Part shown: piece after piece, positions 24,386 to 39,694 of the stretch
How positions within the stretch are numbered: position 1 is the first letter of the stretch
How the letters are laid out: the number at the start of each line of letters is the position of its first letter
Program-made: the position numbers and the translations under genes
Notes under the pieces: generated by a model
Database searches by the model: none
The model's input: the letters and a program-made list of their open reading frames with translations, nothing else
Told to the model about the DNA's origin: nothing
Assembly: GCF_964204645.1 (NCBI RefSeq)
Contig: NC_134034.1
Span: forward strand, 62,001 to 126,000
From: Tubulanus polymorphus
Taxonomy: Eukaryota; Animalia; Nemertea
DNA: 64,000 bases
Reading direction: 5' to 3'

Positions 24386-26239
24386 GGTTTTACTGTAAAG
24401 CCAGACAGTGCCCCGCGTCATATTTCATCTTTTCGTCTGAGGGCTTGGTGATGAATTAGTATTTTATCTCCAGCCGACGGTGTTGTTTTCAATGCACGAA
24501 ACGTCGAGCCGATAAACAGCACTAGTAACATCAGTGTCTGTTCGGTCGATCGACCCTGGCGTGAAACTAGTCTTCAGATAAATCAAAGGTTGCCTCGGTT
24601 AGTGCGGGTTGTTTATTCTACCCGTGAGGCCTATTCGAGTAGACCTCGCTATACCCGACACTGGTACGTGCGTTGGTTTATTCAACGCCGGTCACGTGAC
24701 CTCGTCAGATTTGTAACGGTTGAGTGGCTTAAAGAGTTTAAAGCGTCAGCCATAGACTACACTACTCGATTACGTCATATCCCCCTATGACGTCAGCAAT
24801 TGTCGATAATGGCTGATTTCGGTCACTTTTTTAAGAGACGGCCTTCACCCGATTGGTGACCTTCACCCAACCCGAGAATTGCGTGACCTTCACCGAATAA
24901 CGTGACCCGGGAAGGTGTCGCGTAACTGAGAAAAAAATCAATGCATCTGATATAAAATACTAAACACGGAGAAAAAACTGTGAACATGAAATTGTAATCA
25001 TCACGTGTCACAAACACAGTGTGGCCGGGCGGGTGATCATAGGGGTCACTGAGCGGCCACACTCCCTGCTGTCTCTCTCTCCCTGCTGTCTCCCTCTCCC
25101 TGCTGTCTCTCCCTCTCTCCCTCCCTCCCTCCCTACTGCTGCTGGTGTCCGGATTGACCGTACAATGTTGATTTTACTCGCCGCCGATGTTTTATTCATT
25201 TTGGTCGATGTTGATAAACATTCTCACAATAGACGGGACCGGAAACGGATGCGTGCCGTGTTCAATGGCATGCCGGGAAACGGTGTTTACTTTTAATCCG
25301 GGATTAGATCGATATTGCGGTATTAACGGTTTTTCGCGGGTTTTGAGGCGTTAGCTCTCACACTCAGACGCACCGTCAATTACAATCAAATCTATTATAT
25401 TTCATTTATAATACATCGCGCCATCACTGCGCATGCGTCAAGTTTAAACCCGTGGTTAATTCGTGAATCAAATCTGAACTAGGTCTCGATCGGACGTCGG
25501 GTGCCCTTTCACGTCATGGGTTAGGGTTATTTATTCCATTGATGTCTGATCTCGGTTGTGTCAATAATTACTGTCTGCTCATTTCTGTAGATACAACAGA
25601 CAACCATCGACATGCCGACGATGGACAATGAGAGCCGCTCGTTACATATATAACCCTAGATTCAGGCGAAGAAAATATTCTAAAAACGAAAGTATTCTAT
25701 GTGAGTGATGATAGCCAATAGACAGACCAGATATCCGGACTTAACGGTCAGAGAACGTGGCATGATTAACCACATCTTATTCTCGACAGGGCGCCTCACC
25801 GTGAGATCTCGCGAGAGATTACGTTATCTCTGGTGCAGTGAGGTCACGTTCTAGTGGCCATTTCATCCGTGCGTGGTGACACAGTAAGACTCGGGCCCTC
25901 AGAATGTGGCAGAGTCTCACGATGTCATCAGGTTTGACTCCCTGCCGAGGGAGGAACGTGGCAGAGTCTCACGCAGTGTCTAATATCCATGAGCAGCACT
26001 TATTCAACTTGTCTTTGAGATGAATTTTGAAAGACAGCGCGGCGGAATTTAGTGAGCAATAATCTCATAGTCATGAATTGCACAGTTACAGTTTTTATCT
26101 TCCCAGAGCGACAGTAAAATCCGTACTGAACACAATATCAGCTTCTAACGCGCAAAGATCGCCTCTTGTTCGTTTAACGGCCCACTCATCATACCACTAG
26201 TTATTCATCATTGCTGTAATAAAATCCTCCTCACTTTCA

Positions 26240-26425
26240 CTGAGTATCAATGAGTGTCTGTGAGTGTCAATGAGTGTCAGTGAGTATCACTGAGTATCAA
26301 TGAGAGTCTGTGAGTGTCAATGAGTATCAATGAGAGTCTGTGAGTGTCAGTGAGTGTCAATGAGTGTCAGTGAGTGTCAATGAGTATCAATGAGTGTCAG
26401 TGAGTATCAATGAGTGTCAGTGAGT
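26240..26425. repeat. 10-bp minisatellite
   Basis: Unit tgagt(g/a)tca(a/g). Confidence 0.9.
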
Positions 26426-29029
26426 AGACTTTGTTTTCTTAGAATGCAAGAATCCAATTCCACAGCTCTGAACCCAGTTCCACAGTTTTGGACTTAGTTC
26501 CATAGTTTAGGACTCAGTTCCACAGTTTTGGACTCAGTTCCTGGCCCAGTTCCACAGTTATAAATCAAGTTCCACCGTGTTTCGGTTATTACTCTTTGAG
26601 AATCAGGTGCGCGTCAGGTGCGCTTCGGTACAAATCGATTTATTCTATCGTTTTATTTCGTCGCAATTTTTATGGATTTCTATGCGGCATTATCCGGCAC
26701 CGGCTTTTAGTTTTACCCGGCGTTCTTCTAGAGATGATTATTAGCAGAAATGTAGCTGTTAGAAACTGTCGGGTTCTGGTGCAATTCTGGTGCAATAATC
26801 ACATTCACTCGCAGTCGTCACTAATGCACCTCTCTCTCTCTTTCTCTCTCGCGTTATCTATGGTATATAATATTGACATCTGCGACAAACACGAAATATA
26901 AAAATACCGCATATTCGTGAAATATTGGGTAAGGTCTGGGGCTGCTGCCGATACCGCCTCGCGTTGTGTGTGTGTGTGATGCGTTTTGTAATTAGACAGG
27001 AAGGTCACAGTGAATTCTGAACACAAAATACATCGGTTGATAGAAATTGTTTAAGTGCTGGTTGTCGCAGAGTTTCACTTTTACTTAATGTGGCTTCTTA
27101 AAGAGTGGAATTGGGTCCACGTAACTGTGGAACTGGCTCCACCGTTTATTAAAACCTTCACAACTGTGGAACTGTGTCACCGTGGAACTGTGTCACTGTG
27201 GAACTGTGTCACTGTGGAACTGTGGAACTGTGTCACTGTGGAACTGTGGAACTGTGGAACTGTGGAACTGTGTTGTGCATTTTAATAAACTCAGTTCATT
27301 ATCTATATAATTGATGCGCATGCGCAGATTAGTTCGCTACCGTTGCTAATTATTTGATATCCGGTGGTTGAGTCACGTGATGCGACCTTCAATTACTAAA
27401 CGACCTTCATTAAACAAGAGACTATTTCACTAGTTAATTAACCTTGATTATACAGGGATACTGACTATTTCACTAGTTCCATCTTTCTCACGATCCATTC
27501 AGAGAGTGCACGCCTTATAAACTAATTTTCGTTCAATTCTATTTGAATCTCGGCACCAAATGAACCGCTCTGTTAAACTTTACAATATTATCATTATTAT
27601 AGAAACGGGTCGTTATCCTAAATCTGTGTAACCCTGATTATCAGGAGCAGTCCTCTCCTGACACATACACATACTCATCTATCAGGAGCAGTCCTCTTCT
27701 GACACACACATACACGCATCTATCAGGAGCTGTCCCTGAAGTGCTGTTTTATTAAGCACAGTTTTGTCCCAGTTGCCAGTTTGTTATTCAAACAATATAA
27801 GTATTCATTGTGTTTATGAATGTTTGCTGTGTCTACAATTTTTTATATCGGAAACTATTTTCTTATTCTCGACACCATCGTGCACATGCCGTGTGAAGTC
27901 TCCCGCGCCGCCGCCGTCTACTCGCAGATAATCAACTTAAAATATATTTGCGAGTCTGTAAAAAGGAGGCCTCCGGCGACAGCAGGTAGAAATCTACAAA
28001 CTCAAATATTCATAATATCAGAAAAAAAAACTTATGAATATTTTTCTATTCTCCGGTTACGTGATTCAGACAAATTGTGTCTCTACGTTCCTGCGATGGG
28101 GTACGGTGGCTTCCTGGGACTGCTGGCTGGGGCTACTGGCTGCGGCTGCTGGCTGGGACTGCTGGCTGTTCGCGTTTTCTATGTGAATGTAACACACTGT
28201 AACAACTGTAACACGCTGAACCCCCGGGACTGGATTGACTGACAATTGTATGACTTTTACGAAAATACAAAAAAACAAATTCGGTACAAACAACTCGGCT
28301 GTCATCACAGAACCATCGTCACAGAACCATCGTCACAGAACCATCATCACAGAACCATCGTCACAGAGATGTCGAATTTATTGTGTAAGTGGCGTTTTTC
28401 CTCCAAGAACGCCATCACGTGCCGCAGCCGCCTTCATCGCCAATTGGAAAACCGTCAGACTACAGAATGGGGATTGAATGAGAGAAGAGGAGAGAGAGGA
28501 GAGCGGAGAGAGAGGAGAGAGAGGATAAGTAAAGACCTCGTGTACGGCTTACCGTTTGAACTGTGTAATAAACTGTACAGTCAGTAATTGTCTAGTTATT
28601 AGTGATGCAGCAATTGCGATCTGTTTGATGGTCACACGTCCGAGTAACAGTGGCCAGATTATTACTGCGTTTGAACTTAGCTGAGGGAGAGAGAGGAGGG
28701 AGAGGGGAGGAGGGAGCGGAGGGGAGGGGGAGAGGAGAGAGAATGGAAGAGATTGTGTGTAGTTACTGTAAGGTTATTCTCGAGTTTGCCTTGTTAGTTC
28801 TCGAGAGTTTGGAGAACGAATCGTTCGGAACGCGCCATTTCTCGATGATGCGTGATAAACTTTCGTTTAGGGAACCGCAGCGAACATCGAGAGTTTTCGA
28901 GAGTCTTCGAGATTCGACGTGAAGTGCTCCTTTACTCTCTCACACGAGGAGGTGGAGAACTGCTCCTTTAGCGTGTAAATGTTTTGTGTTCGATGCTATT
29001 TTGCTTTTTCTTGCAACAAACGTTTCCAG

Positions 29030-29563
29030 CATCACTCGTTTCCACTCTGTTCCACGGAGAATCACTCGGTTCCACTCTGTTCCACGGAGAATCACTCGGT
29101 TCCACTCTGTTCCACCGAGCATCACTCGGTTCCACTCTGTTCCACGGAGAATCGCTCGGTTCCACTCTGTTCCACGGAGAATCACTCGGTTCCACTCTGT
29201 TCCACGGAGAATCGCTCGGTTCCACTCTGTTCCACGGAGAATCACTCGGTTCCACTCTGTTCCACCGAGCATCACTCGGTTCCACTCTGTTCCACCGAGC
29301 ATCACTCAGTTCCACTCTGTTCCACCGAGCATCACTCGGTTTCACTCAGTTCCACCGAGCATCACTCGGTTCCACTCTGTTCCACCGAGCATCACTCGGT
29401 CCCACTCTGTTCCACCGAGCATCACTCGGTTCCACTCTGTTCCACCGAGCATCACTCGGTCCCTCTCTGTTCCACCGAGCATCACTCGGTTTCACTCTGT
29501 TCCACCGAGCATCACTCGGTTCCACTCAGTTCCACCGAGCATCATTCGGTTCCACTCTGTTCC
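29030..29563. repeat. 30-bp minisatellite (~18 copies)
   Basis: Unit catcactcggttccactctgttccaccgag, with a ...cacggaga variant. Confidence 0.95.
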
Positions 29564-30439
29564 AACTTCAACACAAAGCAAACTCTTCAACGTATTCCAC
29601 ATTTCCACTGTTCTAGAATCAGTTCCACCGAGTCCACTTTATTTCACCTTTTTTTCACAATCGACATACATCGGTTCGATATACCGTGTCACGTGACCAG
29701 CAATCAGCGCGGCCGGCGGTGTCTGGCGGTCAATGTCACATCCGGGTTCTCGTGGTTAAATATTGACATCAATCAAATCAATAATTCATTAAATAAATCT
29801 TACTTATTGTTATAGTATAGATACATAGGATTCACGTGTATCCCATTATCTGCATTCAGACTTCAATAACAATGACAGTGACCCTCCGTCTCACGTGACC
29901 CTCTGTCTCCTCACAGACACACAATCGCTCATCACATCAGACACATCGACCTCGTTAAGACGGATATATAGACACCCTGATTTCGGCTATAACCCATTCC
30001 GCTGTAGAGAGAGAGTGAGAGAGAGGGCGTGAGGTGTCTGAACGGCAGATGTTGTCAATCGACGCTTTGTGAATCCGGTATCTATATCAATAGTTAGTTA
30101 TAGCGTATTAATGTATAAATGTGTTTAGAAGCTGATGTGGACACCACTTGAAGTGACCGCGGATTAAACATTCCAACTATCAGCAGAACAACAGCAGAAA
30201 GTTCTGAGTTAAAACTGGAACGATTTATCTAATTTTTGTGATATCCAGTTGTGTGGGTGGAGAAGGGCTTATAAAACGAGGTATGACGAGATCTTGTAGC
30301 TCACATTCTATAAACATTTATTTGTAGTAAATAAACTGCGCTTTTACTAAAACAGTTCACTATCTAGAAACACTTTTAAACCGCGTGTTCAGCGATAACA
30401 ACGCGCTGTTTCATTCAAATATGAGTTAATAAGAGGAGG

Positions 30440-30543
30440 GAAAGAGGGAGAGGAGAGAGGAGAGAGGAGAGAGGAGAGAGGAGAGAGGAGAGAGGAGAGA
30501 GGGGAGAGGGGAGAGGAGAGAGGAGAGAGGAGAGAGGAGAGAG
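30440..30543. repeat. (GAGAGGA)n repeat
   Basis: Direct reading; the same 7-mer occurs at 56290-56525. Confidence 0.9.
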
Positions 30544-31036
30544 TTGAGGGAAAGCATCAATCTATAGAGAAATAAGTATTTTTCATGAACCAAACTAAAA
30601 ATACTGTGTATAAAATGAGTGAGATGTGTGTGTAGTAGTTGAGAGTTGGGTCAGGTATGTAATGTTCCAGCGCCGACAAACACTCAGCTCAAGAGAGAGA
30701 GAGAGAGAGAGGAGTTGTGTATCTTAATATGTGAACCAATTAACTGAGATCTGCCCCCCCCCCCGTGACCCCCCTCCTCTCCTCCAGCGCACCACTAGTG
30801 ATGAGAGGGGTAATTCTGACCGGTGATGTTTAATAAAGAGTTGTTGGTTTTTGACCGCGTTATTTTCAGTGTCATGTTTTACAACTAGCGACCGGCCGCA
30901 TAAACATAGTTTTTATTACTGATACCTGACCAGAATGAGGATGTCTGATAACTCTCTACTCTCATCCCTCTCATAGTTCTGAATGCTTCAGTTATCAGTA
31001 TCTATTTCATATAACTGCAGCTTCTAACAGCACTGA

Positions 31037-31557
31037 CTGAGACCGGGCTTCAGCGCTGAGACCGGGCTTCAGCTGTGAGACCGGGCTTCAGCTGTGAGAC
31101 CAGGCTACAGCTGTGAGACCGGGCTACAGCTCTGAGACCGGGCTTCAACTGTGAGACCGGGCTTCAGCTGTGAGACCGGACTTCAGCTGTGAGACCAGGC
31201 TACAGCTGTGAGACCGGGCTTCAGCTCTGAGACCGGGCTTCAGCTGTGAGACCGGGCTTCAGCTGTGAGACCGGGCTACAGCGCTGAGAACGGGCTTCAG
31301 CGCTAAGACCGGGCTTCAGCTGTGAGACCGGGCTTCAGCTGTGAGACCGGGCTTCAGCTGTGAGACCGGGCTTCAGCTGTGAGACCTGGCTACAGCTGTG
31401 AGACCAGGCTACAGCTCTGAGACCGGGCTTCAGCTGTGAGACCGGGCTTCAGCTGTGAGACCGGGCTTCAGCTGTGAGACCGGGCTTCAGCTCTGAGACC
31501 GGGCTTCAGCTGTGAGACCGGGCTTCAGCTGTGAGACCAGACTTCAGCTCTGAGACC
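31037..31557. repeat. 19-bp minisatellite (~27 copies)
   Basis: Unit tgagaccgggcttcagctg. Confidence 0.95.
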
Positions 31558-32250
31558 CAGTTCGCATGTCTGGAGATCACAGATAGTATTCAGAGAGGCT
31601 GCCACCTGAAACCCCTTAGACTCGGCACCCTAACTCCGAATAAACTACAAACACCAGGCATTAGATATTTCATCAGCATCCTTTCAAAACTGCTCGTCCA
31701 CATTGCGTCCACATTGCGTCCACATTTCGCCACATTGCGTCCACATTGACACGCTATCGCAGATAGATCCATCTGTTTCGTATGTCCAGGAATTCCGGTT
31801 ACTGCGACGTTAAAAGCGCATAAAAACGTGTTGTTACGTTACGTCGAACGCTAACGTTAGCGGCAACGGAACGTTAACGTAACGGAACGTCTGTTGGCGC
31901 TTGACGTTAGTCGCCTGATGAAGCTAATGTGACTAGATCGTTAGAAGTGCTCGGTACTGAATCGATGTTTCATCAAACCGCGCGCACCAACAAAAACATG
32001 CCGATAATTCTTCTTAAATCGTCGTAAAACGTTGCGTTTAACAAATAACATTATTTTTAATGAAGAAAGTTCGTTTTTTATCGGAATCTTGTGCGCGTCG
32101 TAAAAACTAGATTTTATTCTTACTTTAAAAACAGACGAAATTGTGCGCGGACTTCGAGAGGAATCTTCATGTGACATTTTCCCTGAGAGCGGATACAAAA
32201 ACAAACTATCTGAACAATTTATCGGAACAGACTGTTTTGGTTTTTTTCAG

Positions 32251-32333
32251 ATTTGTTTGTGTTTGTTTACGGAATTAGTTACAACTCAGTTTGAGGAAAT
32301 AGTCGCCACAGCAGGAGACAACAGAGGATTCGG
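32251..32333 (+). other. Candidate non-coding (5'UTR) exon
   Basis: Strong acceptor tttttttcag| and donor |gtaagt ~82 nt apart; no convincing protein motif. May belong to the downstream GPCR-like gene. Confidence 0.4.
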
Positions 32334-32534
32334 TAAGTTTGAATACTTGTATACATCGGGGAAATATCTCAGAAACAGAAACTAAAGTTAGAGGGAAATA
32401 TTTATATTTTTATTGACAATTTCTTATTCTAAAAATGTAAATTTTTCCACCAAAAATAGCAATTTTAGGACCGCGTAGAGGCCAATGGAAATAGGAAAAG
32501 CCCAAAAAACAGGTCGTCCGCCTACCGAAAATAG

Positions 32535-32880
32535 CCCCAACCCTAACCCTAATCCTAGCAACTGCCACGACCAACATGTCGGGCATCGCTAACCCTAACC
32601 CTAGCTCGTAACCCTAACCCTAGCTGGACTCGAACCTGCGACCTCCAGCATGCCAGCCGTGCACGCTAACCACCAGACCATAGACCAGTAGTGACTGACC
32701 GAGTTTGTAAGTTTGCCTGGTCAGTGAGGTGACCGGTAACCAGTCAGGTGTGGTGACCGGTGACCAGTCAGGTGTGGTGACCAGATAACAATACCTTGGA
32801 ACAGAGTTTCTAATCAGTGTCTAACGCAGAGTTTTTGTAATCCTAACTCAGGAAAATCACTCCGTTAAAAAAGCCTTTTT
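32535..32880 (-). mobile_element. Composite tRNA-like/TTAGGG/palindromic-array element, copy 2
   Basis: Minus strand TGGTCTGGTGG...GGTTCGAGTCC followed by tagggttagggtt. It has a short ggtgaccagtca array and shares the flank gtttctaatcagt...tcaggaa...aaaaaagcct with copy 1. Confidence 0.7.
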
Positions 32881-33156
32881 AAATGGAAAATAGAAAATCG
32901 GCAGGGGAGACTGGTACGAGGGGTATCGGGTTAGGAGAGGAGGGGGTCAGGTTGGGAGATTGGTACAGATTGGTACGGGGGGGGGGGTCAGGTTATAATA
33001 GTTATCTATCGATTGACGACGCGTCTGTCTCTACGAGTCTCATATTGCAGCTATTAGATGTTTCTAACAGTTCGATTATAAATGTATGAGCCAGGTTTAA
33101 GTTGCGTTAAGCCTCTATCATCATATCATCATATATACAATCACCAGCAGTATCAG

Positions 33157-33187
<31 letters not shown>

Positions 33188-33934
33188 GGCGGAGAGGGAG
33201 GGGAGAGGATACTCGAGTATCTGTTTGGCTTCATCTATCAGAGACTGATGTATGTTTATTATCAGTTACATCTCACATTTCTGACCGTCGATTTCATCAC
33301 GTGATGTTTGTCAATAATTACAAAATTCTTTCTTAATAATTCATTAATTATGCGATGTCTGATGTTTATACCAAAACACGTGCAGTCCGTCATTTATACC
33401 CAAACACGTGCAGTCCGTCTTATCGGATGTTTGGACATTTTTTAGTAAACGTTTTTTATGTGATATATACCGTGTAATGCTATGGAATGCTATGGCCTAC
33501 CGTGTACTGCTATGGGCTGCCATGGGCTACCATGGACTACCGTGGACTGCTGGATCGTGATTATGAGAATGTTCATTCTTATCTTGTCTGTAAAATCCTG
33601 TCTTGTTGATTCCCGCCGAGAACAAAATAACTATTCCAATGTTTACGCGCGGTAAATATGGAAATCTCGCGGTTATAGTGGATCAGTGTGGCTCCACACG
33701 ATCTCGGAGACTCCCAGACTCCGTGGTCGTGTCGGAGACTCCCAGACTCTGTGGTCGTGCCGATCCACACAATATCGGAGTCTCCCAGACTCTTAACGCG
33801 GCAGATTCTGAGGTGGTTATTTATTTAACGAGAAAACTGTCAAATCGCTTCAAGCTGTGTTTTTTTTCTATAACGACAGCGACGAAAGGAAAATTGGTCC
33901 TCGGTCTGATCCATTGTATTCAATAACCTTCAAC

Positions 33935-34195
33935 TCACTGAACACAGTACCTCACTGTACACTCACTGTACACTCACAGTACCTCACTGTACATTCACTG
34001 GACACTCACTGTACACTCACAGTACCTCACTGTACACTCACAGTACCTCACTGTACACTCACAGTACCTCACTGTACACTCACTGTACCTCACTGTACAC
34101 TCACTGTACCTCACTGTACACTCACTGTACACTCACAGTTTCTCACTGTACACTCACTGTACACTCACAGTACCTCAATGTAGACTCACAGTAAG
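33935..34195. repeat. Degenerate 21-bp (10+11) minisatellite
   Basis: Unit cactcacagtacctcactgta. Confidence 0.9.
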
Positions 34196-35293
34196 CCTAC
34201 ACTTACAGAATCCTAAACCTGTAACTGATTTTAGATCGGAAATCAGAACTATCATTAGGGATCCACTGGATCCTCAGGAAAGCCCTCAATAAAAACTCAA
34301 TATTAAAAACAGGAGTCCTCTATACAGCTAGTGCGCGATCAATACGACCTTTTAATAATATCAACCAATTTTACCGGATTGCTTTTATTCGCTCGAAAAT
34401 CCGCCGTAAATCTAATATTTTATTATCAATATTGACAGATTTGATCGTCGTAATGTTTTGTTATGTTGTTAACGGGAAACAGACGGATTTTGTATTCGAA
34501 CCGTGGTTATTGCTGCTGCTGCTGTCGCTGCTGCTGCTGCCGCTGCCGCTGCGAGCTGATGCAGAGTTTAAAATGCTTTTAAGAATTATTGAAATCGAAA
34601 ACCTTGAAAAATCCCATACGGTTCTCTGGCATGCCCTTAACTGTATTTATTAACTCACCCTAGCGTCCTAGTATCACGGTTAACCCGCACAATATTATGT
34701 TTTTGTCAGTAATTAGTGTAACCGGAAGTGATCGAATATAGCATGTGCACTGGCAGCTACAGTTAAGCGCATCCTTGAAATCTCTATAGGAATAAGAAAA
34801 CTGTTCTTTAAAAACCCCAGACCCGCCCCTTAAAACCGCCCTCAACCCTGCCTCTTTACCGGACGAGTATTGAACTAGGAGGATGCATGACCCAGAGATG
34901 GCTTCGGGCAGCAACTGATCTGCGCAGATTCTGCAGAAATAGCAGATAAATCAACACTGAATGTGAGAATCAGGGAATGATGGTCAATACTAACGATACG
35001 GAATCATCGCTACACTTTACCCGCATTTCAAAGGAAATGGACGCCAGAAATAACGAAGGAAATTATGGATATTTTTTGCCTCCGCACGACTGTACATATA
35101 TACATCTATAGACGACGGCTCGCATGCCAGTGTAGGGTTCGTTAGTCAATATGTGACATATGAATCTGTCATATAAAAGAGAATGATATTGAATTGAAGA
35201 GGGAGAGAGAGAGGAATTGGACAATCAATTTGTTGTACAAGAAACATCCACGATCCTCCGGTTTGGTTTTTATCGTGTTATCATATGGCCAGT

Positions 35294-36595
35294 ATACCAT
35301 GGTACAGGGATCAGTAACTGTGGGACCCAGTGTTTAGATACCATGGTACAGGGATCAGTAACTGTGGGACCCAGTGTTTAGATACCATGGTACAGGGATC
35401 AGTAACTGTGGGACCCAGTGTTTAGATACCATGGTACAGGGATCAGTAACTGTGGGACCCAGTGTTTAGATACCATGGTACAGGGATCAGTAACTGTGGG
35501 ACACAGTGTTTAGATACCATGGTACAGAGATCAGTAACTGTGGGACCCAGTGTTTAGATACCTTGGTACAGGGATCAGTAACTGTGGGACACAGTGTTTA
35601 GATACCATGGTACAGAGATCAGTAACTGTGGGACCCAGTGTTTAGATACCATGGTACAGGGATCAGTAACTGTGGGACCCAGTGTTTAGATACCATGGTA
35701 CAGGGATCAGTAACTGTGGGACCCAGTGTTTAGATACCATGGTACAGGGATCAGTAACTGTGGGACCCAGTGTTTAGATACCATGGTACAGAGATCAGTT
35801 ACTGTGGGACCCAGTGTTCAAATACCATGGTACAGGGATCAGTAACTGTGGGACCCAGTGTTTAGATACCATGGTACAGGGATCAGTAACTGTGGGACAC
35901 AGTGTTTAGATACCATGGTACAGGGATCAGTAACTGTGGGACCCAGTGTTTAGATACCATGGTACAGAGATCAGTAACTGTGGGATCCAGTGTTCAAATA
36001 CCATGGTACAGGGATCAGTTACTGTGGGGCCCAGTGTTCAAATACCATGGTACAGGGATCAGTAACTGTGGGACACAGTGTTTAGATACCATGGTACAGA
36101 GATCAGTAACTGTGGGACCCAGTGTTTAGATACCATGGTACAGGGATCAGTAACTGTGGGACCCAGTGTTTAGATACCATGGTACAGAGATCAGTTACTG
36201 TGGGACCCAGTGTTCAAATACCATGGTACAGGGATCAGTAACTGTGGGGCCCAGTGTTCAGATACCATGGTACAGGGATCAGTAACTGTGGGACCCAGTG
36301 TTTAGATACCATGGTACAGAGATCAGTTACTGTGGGACCCAGTGTTCAAATACCATGGTACAGGGATCAGTAACTGTGGGGCCCAGTGTTCAGATACCAT
36401 GGTACAGAGATCAGTTACTGTGGGACCCAGTGTTCAAATACCATGGTACAGGGATCAGTAACTGTGGGACCCAGTGTTTAGATACCATGGTACAGAGATC
36501 AGTTACTGTGGGACCCAGTGTTCAAATACCATGGTACAGGGATCAGTAACTGTGGGGCCCAGTGTTCAAATACCATGGTACAGATATCAGTAACT
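35294..36595. repeat. 44-bp minisatellite (~29 copies)
   Basis: Unit ccatggtacagggatcagtaactgtgggacccagtgtttagata; contains a variant of the actgtggaac core. Confidence 0.95.
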
Positions 36596-39351
36596 AAAGG
36601 GCCATAATTTCAGTTTCTAAAAATCTTGTTTGTAAACTATGAAATGCGATTGTAGCATTGACGCTGCAAGTAACTCATTGATTACACACACGTCACATGT
36701 GCGGTTTAATCACTCAATTCATTGCTCGGTTTCTAAGTTTTGAGTTGAATAAAATATGGCTGAAAATTCAAGAGCTTTAAAAATACCTTAATGGAAACAA
36801 AGCCGCGTTTTAGCAACACGGGAATCTCAGATATAATTGATGACCCAGGAGAGGGGGAGAGGGGGAGGGGAGGGGGAGAGAGGGCGCCTTTATTGACTGA
36901 ATCATCACCGATACCCATTACCCCCCTCCCCCCTCCATCTACTCTACAGTAATTAAACCTCAACGACTGAAAATAACGATATCAAAGTTTTATGTTTTAT
37001 GTCTCCATTGACGGCGCGTTATCTTTGTTTTAAATCGTTTTAATGGTTTTAATTATGAGTTTAAACAGCGCCGCTGAACTACGAGTTGTTTAAAGCCTGA
37101 CTCAATTCTATCGAGTATTTCGTGTTCTTTAGTTTGAAATAATTGATTTTAAGACAGGAAATGGTTTCGATTTTAATTGAAATATAGAAGAAACCGAATA
37201 ACTACTAACGACACCTGGTGGACCCTCGCTTGCCACAGTTTTATCGCTGGGTTAGGGTTAGGTTATAAATTCAGTGATTAATCTATGGCTGGATATATTC
37301 GTGTACTATATTGTTACAGTGTTGCGTGGGAATCTACTATAAAATTGAGTATTTTTTGTTCTTATGAAAGAATTGCCGTTACACAGACTGACTGAGGTAC
37401 TTTAACGCGGTCACATGTGTCGCTATACTGATTCATACGACACGCTGTCACGGGCTGTCACGGGCTGTCACAAGCTGTCACAAGCTGTCACAAACAGTCT
37501 CACCCATTTGCTACCACGAGATTTTCTGCGAATCATTTTGCTGATTATTCCATGGCTACATTTTTTGTTTAGGGTGTAAGTAAATTCTAGTTCAGTGCAG
37601 TCACTGCAAGGTCATGATAAGGTCAACAACACCCTTGAACAAGAACTAACTTGAAAGGTTTATTGACCCCTTGAAAAATAACACAAATATTGCTTTTTAA
37701 TTCTAAAAGTTATCGAAAATAAAATAAGAGTTATGACAAAATAAACGCCAAAATTCATAGAATTTGTTATGTTGTTATGGCAGTAATATTGATGACGTAG
37801 TGCACACGACTCACAAAATTTCAAAAACAACATAATTTCCGTCAGAGATGTAAATGGTTTTTATACTTGTGGCAAATGAATTTATAGCAGGTTTTTGTGT
37901 GTGTTCTAATCAACTAATGGAGTTGTGTATTTATATCACTGCATGAACCGGGTGTTTATTCACCATCAAAAACCTCTTTTGTGGCGTTTCTTAGAATATC
38001 AAAAAAATACCAACACCTTAAAACCATCGCATATTCAGTTCTAAGAATCCGCTCTTACTCTCTTACACATCGAACTGTGGTTCCTAAAATGAAAGTCCCC
38101 TTATAACGTCATCATTCGAATGACCAGAGCGGCATACTCAGCTCGTACTAAGTACTGAAATGAACAGATATTGTAACGCTGTAATATATTGCACTTAACG
38201 ACGGAATGATATTTGAACTATTGATTTTATTGATATTTTCTCAGTCGCTGCAGGCGATGGTCAGATATCGATTTTCTGAGTCAATGATTCTCCTTCCTCG
38301 TTCGTATACCTTCTTCGACATTGACTTCCGGTGGGATATTGATGCAGCTTGTGTGAAGTTAGATATCAAAGTTTAGATTCAAATTAAACCCACGCAATTG
38401 TGGAACTGTATCCACAGTCAATTGTGTAACTGAGTCCATAGTGAAATTGAACCCAGACAACTGTGGAACTGGGTCCAGAGTCAAGTTGAACTGTTGAGCT
38501 TGGTTCACAGTTAAATGAAGTGTGTCCTGGTGCAGGTTAGTTAAGTCTGTGCTCATACGATAATAGATATTCGATATAAGTCAACGATTCTCATGAGACG
38601 CGTGAAATATAGAACTGAGACGGGGTTCACATCGAGCTCCTGTGGGGCTCTTACCCTACCTTACCCTCAACACTGCGTCTGTGTCTAAATCAATAAGGAT
38701 AAGAGTCGGTCATGTGATAAGCCTGATTAGTTGTAGAAAGCCGGCAGGTACAATAGACAATGATTGGCTTGTGTACTCCTCACCATCGCTGCAATTTATG
38801 CTGACGTCATCAACCCGACACCAGACGACTTCATTCCCGAAATAATTTACATATTCATAAGCGTGGTTGAATAAATTTGCATATTCATTGAATTAAAATG
38901 AAGCTATATCATTCGAAGTTTCCACAATAATTTGTTAAGACTTTTCCAAGAGTAAACAATGGCGGCCATGTTTCAGGAAGGGTCTCTATAGAGGAAACCA
39001 TGTTTTCTTAGGTTTTAAAATGGCGGCCATGTTTCTTCTATCTAAAGGTCTCTAGGCGACATTTTTTCTGTATATAATGTCCTAATCATAACCATAGCTC
39101 GCATACGTAGATACGCGTTTAGTGCGTGTTATTGGAAAAAGTTATTCTAACTCCAGCGGAATTTGGACTCATTAACTATCGCAAAAAATAATGAATGACC
39201 GACCTGGGAATTACTACACATATCCCCCTGATACTGAGTGTACTGGCGGCGAATCGATACTGAACACAGACGATAGTAGTACTTTATATTTAATATCGAT
39301 CGGTAAATTATATATAGCCTAATATAGCAGCAGCAGTTGTGCTACTTTTTC

Positions 39352-39510
<159 letters not shown>

Positions 39511-39694
39511 CGTAGTGTAGAGAAGGCTAGAGTGTCTTGTGGGCAGATTGTATTTCTGAAGCTTGTGTGTGGCCACAGAATTCTACAAATATTATTTTCC
39601 GCAGGAATGGGAAGTAAGGGAGGGAAAGGGAAGTGGGTCGGAGGGTGGGGTTTGAATGAAGCGGGGGTTGATAGTTTGTGCATCTCGTTTGATC

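Noticed and set aside
37500-38100. Possible DNA-transposon remnant (AT-rich, aaggtca motifs)
   Set aside because: No termini, TSD, second copy or coding remnant identifiable by eye.
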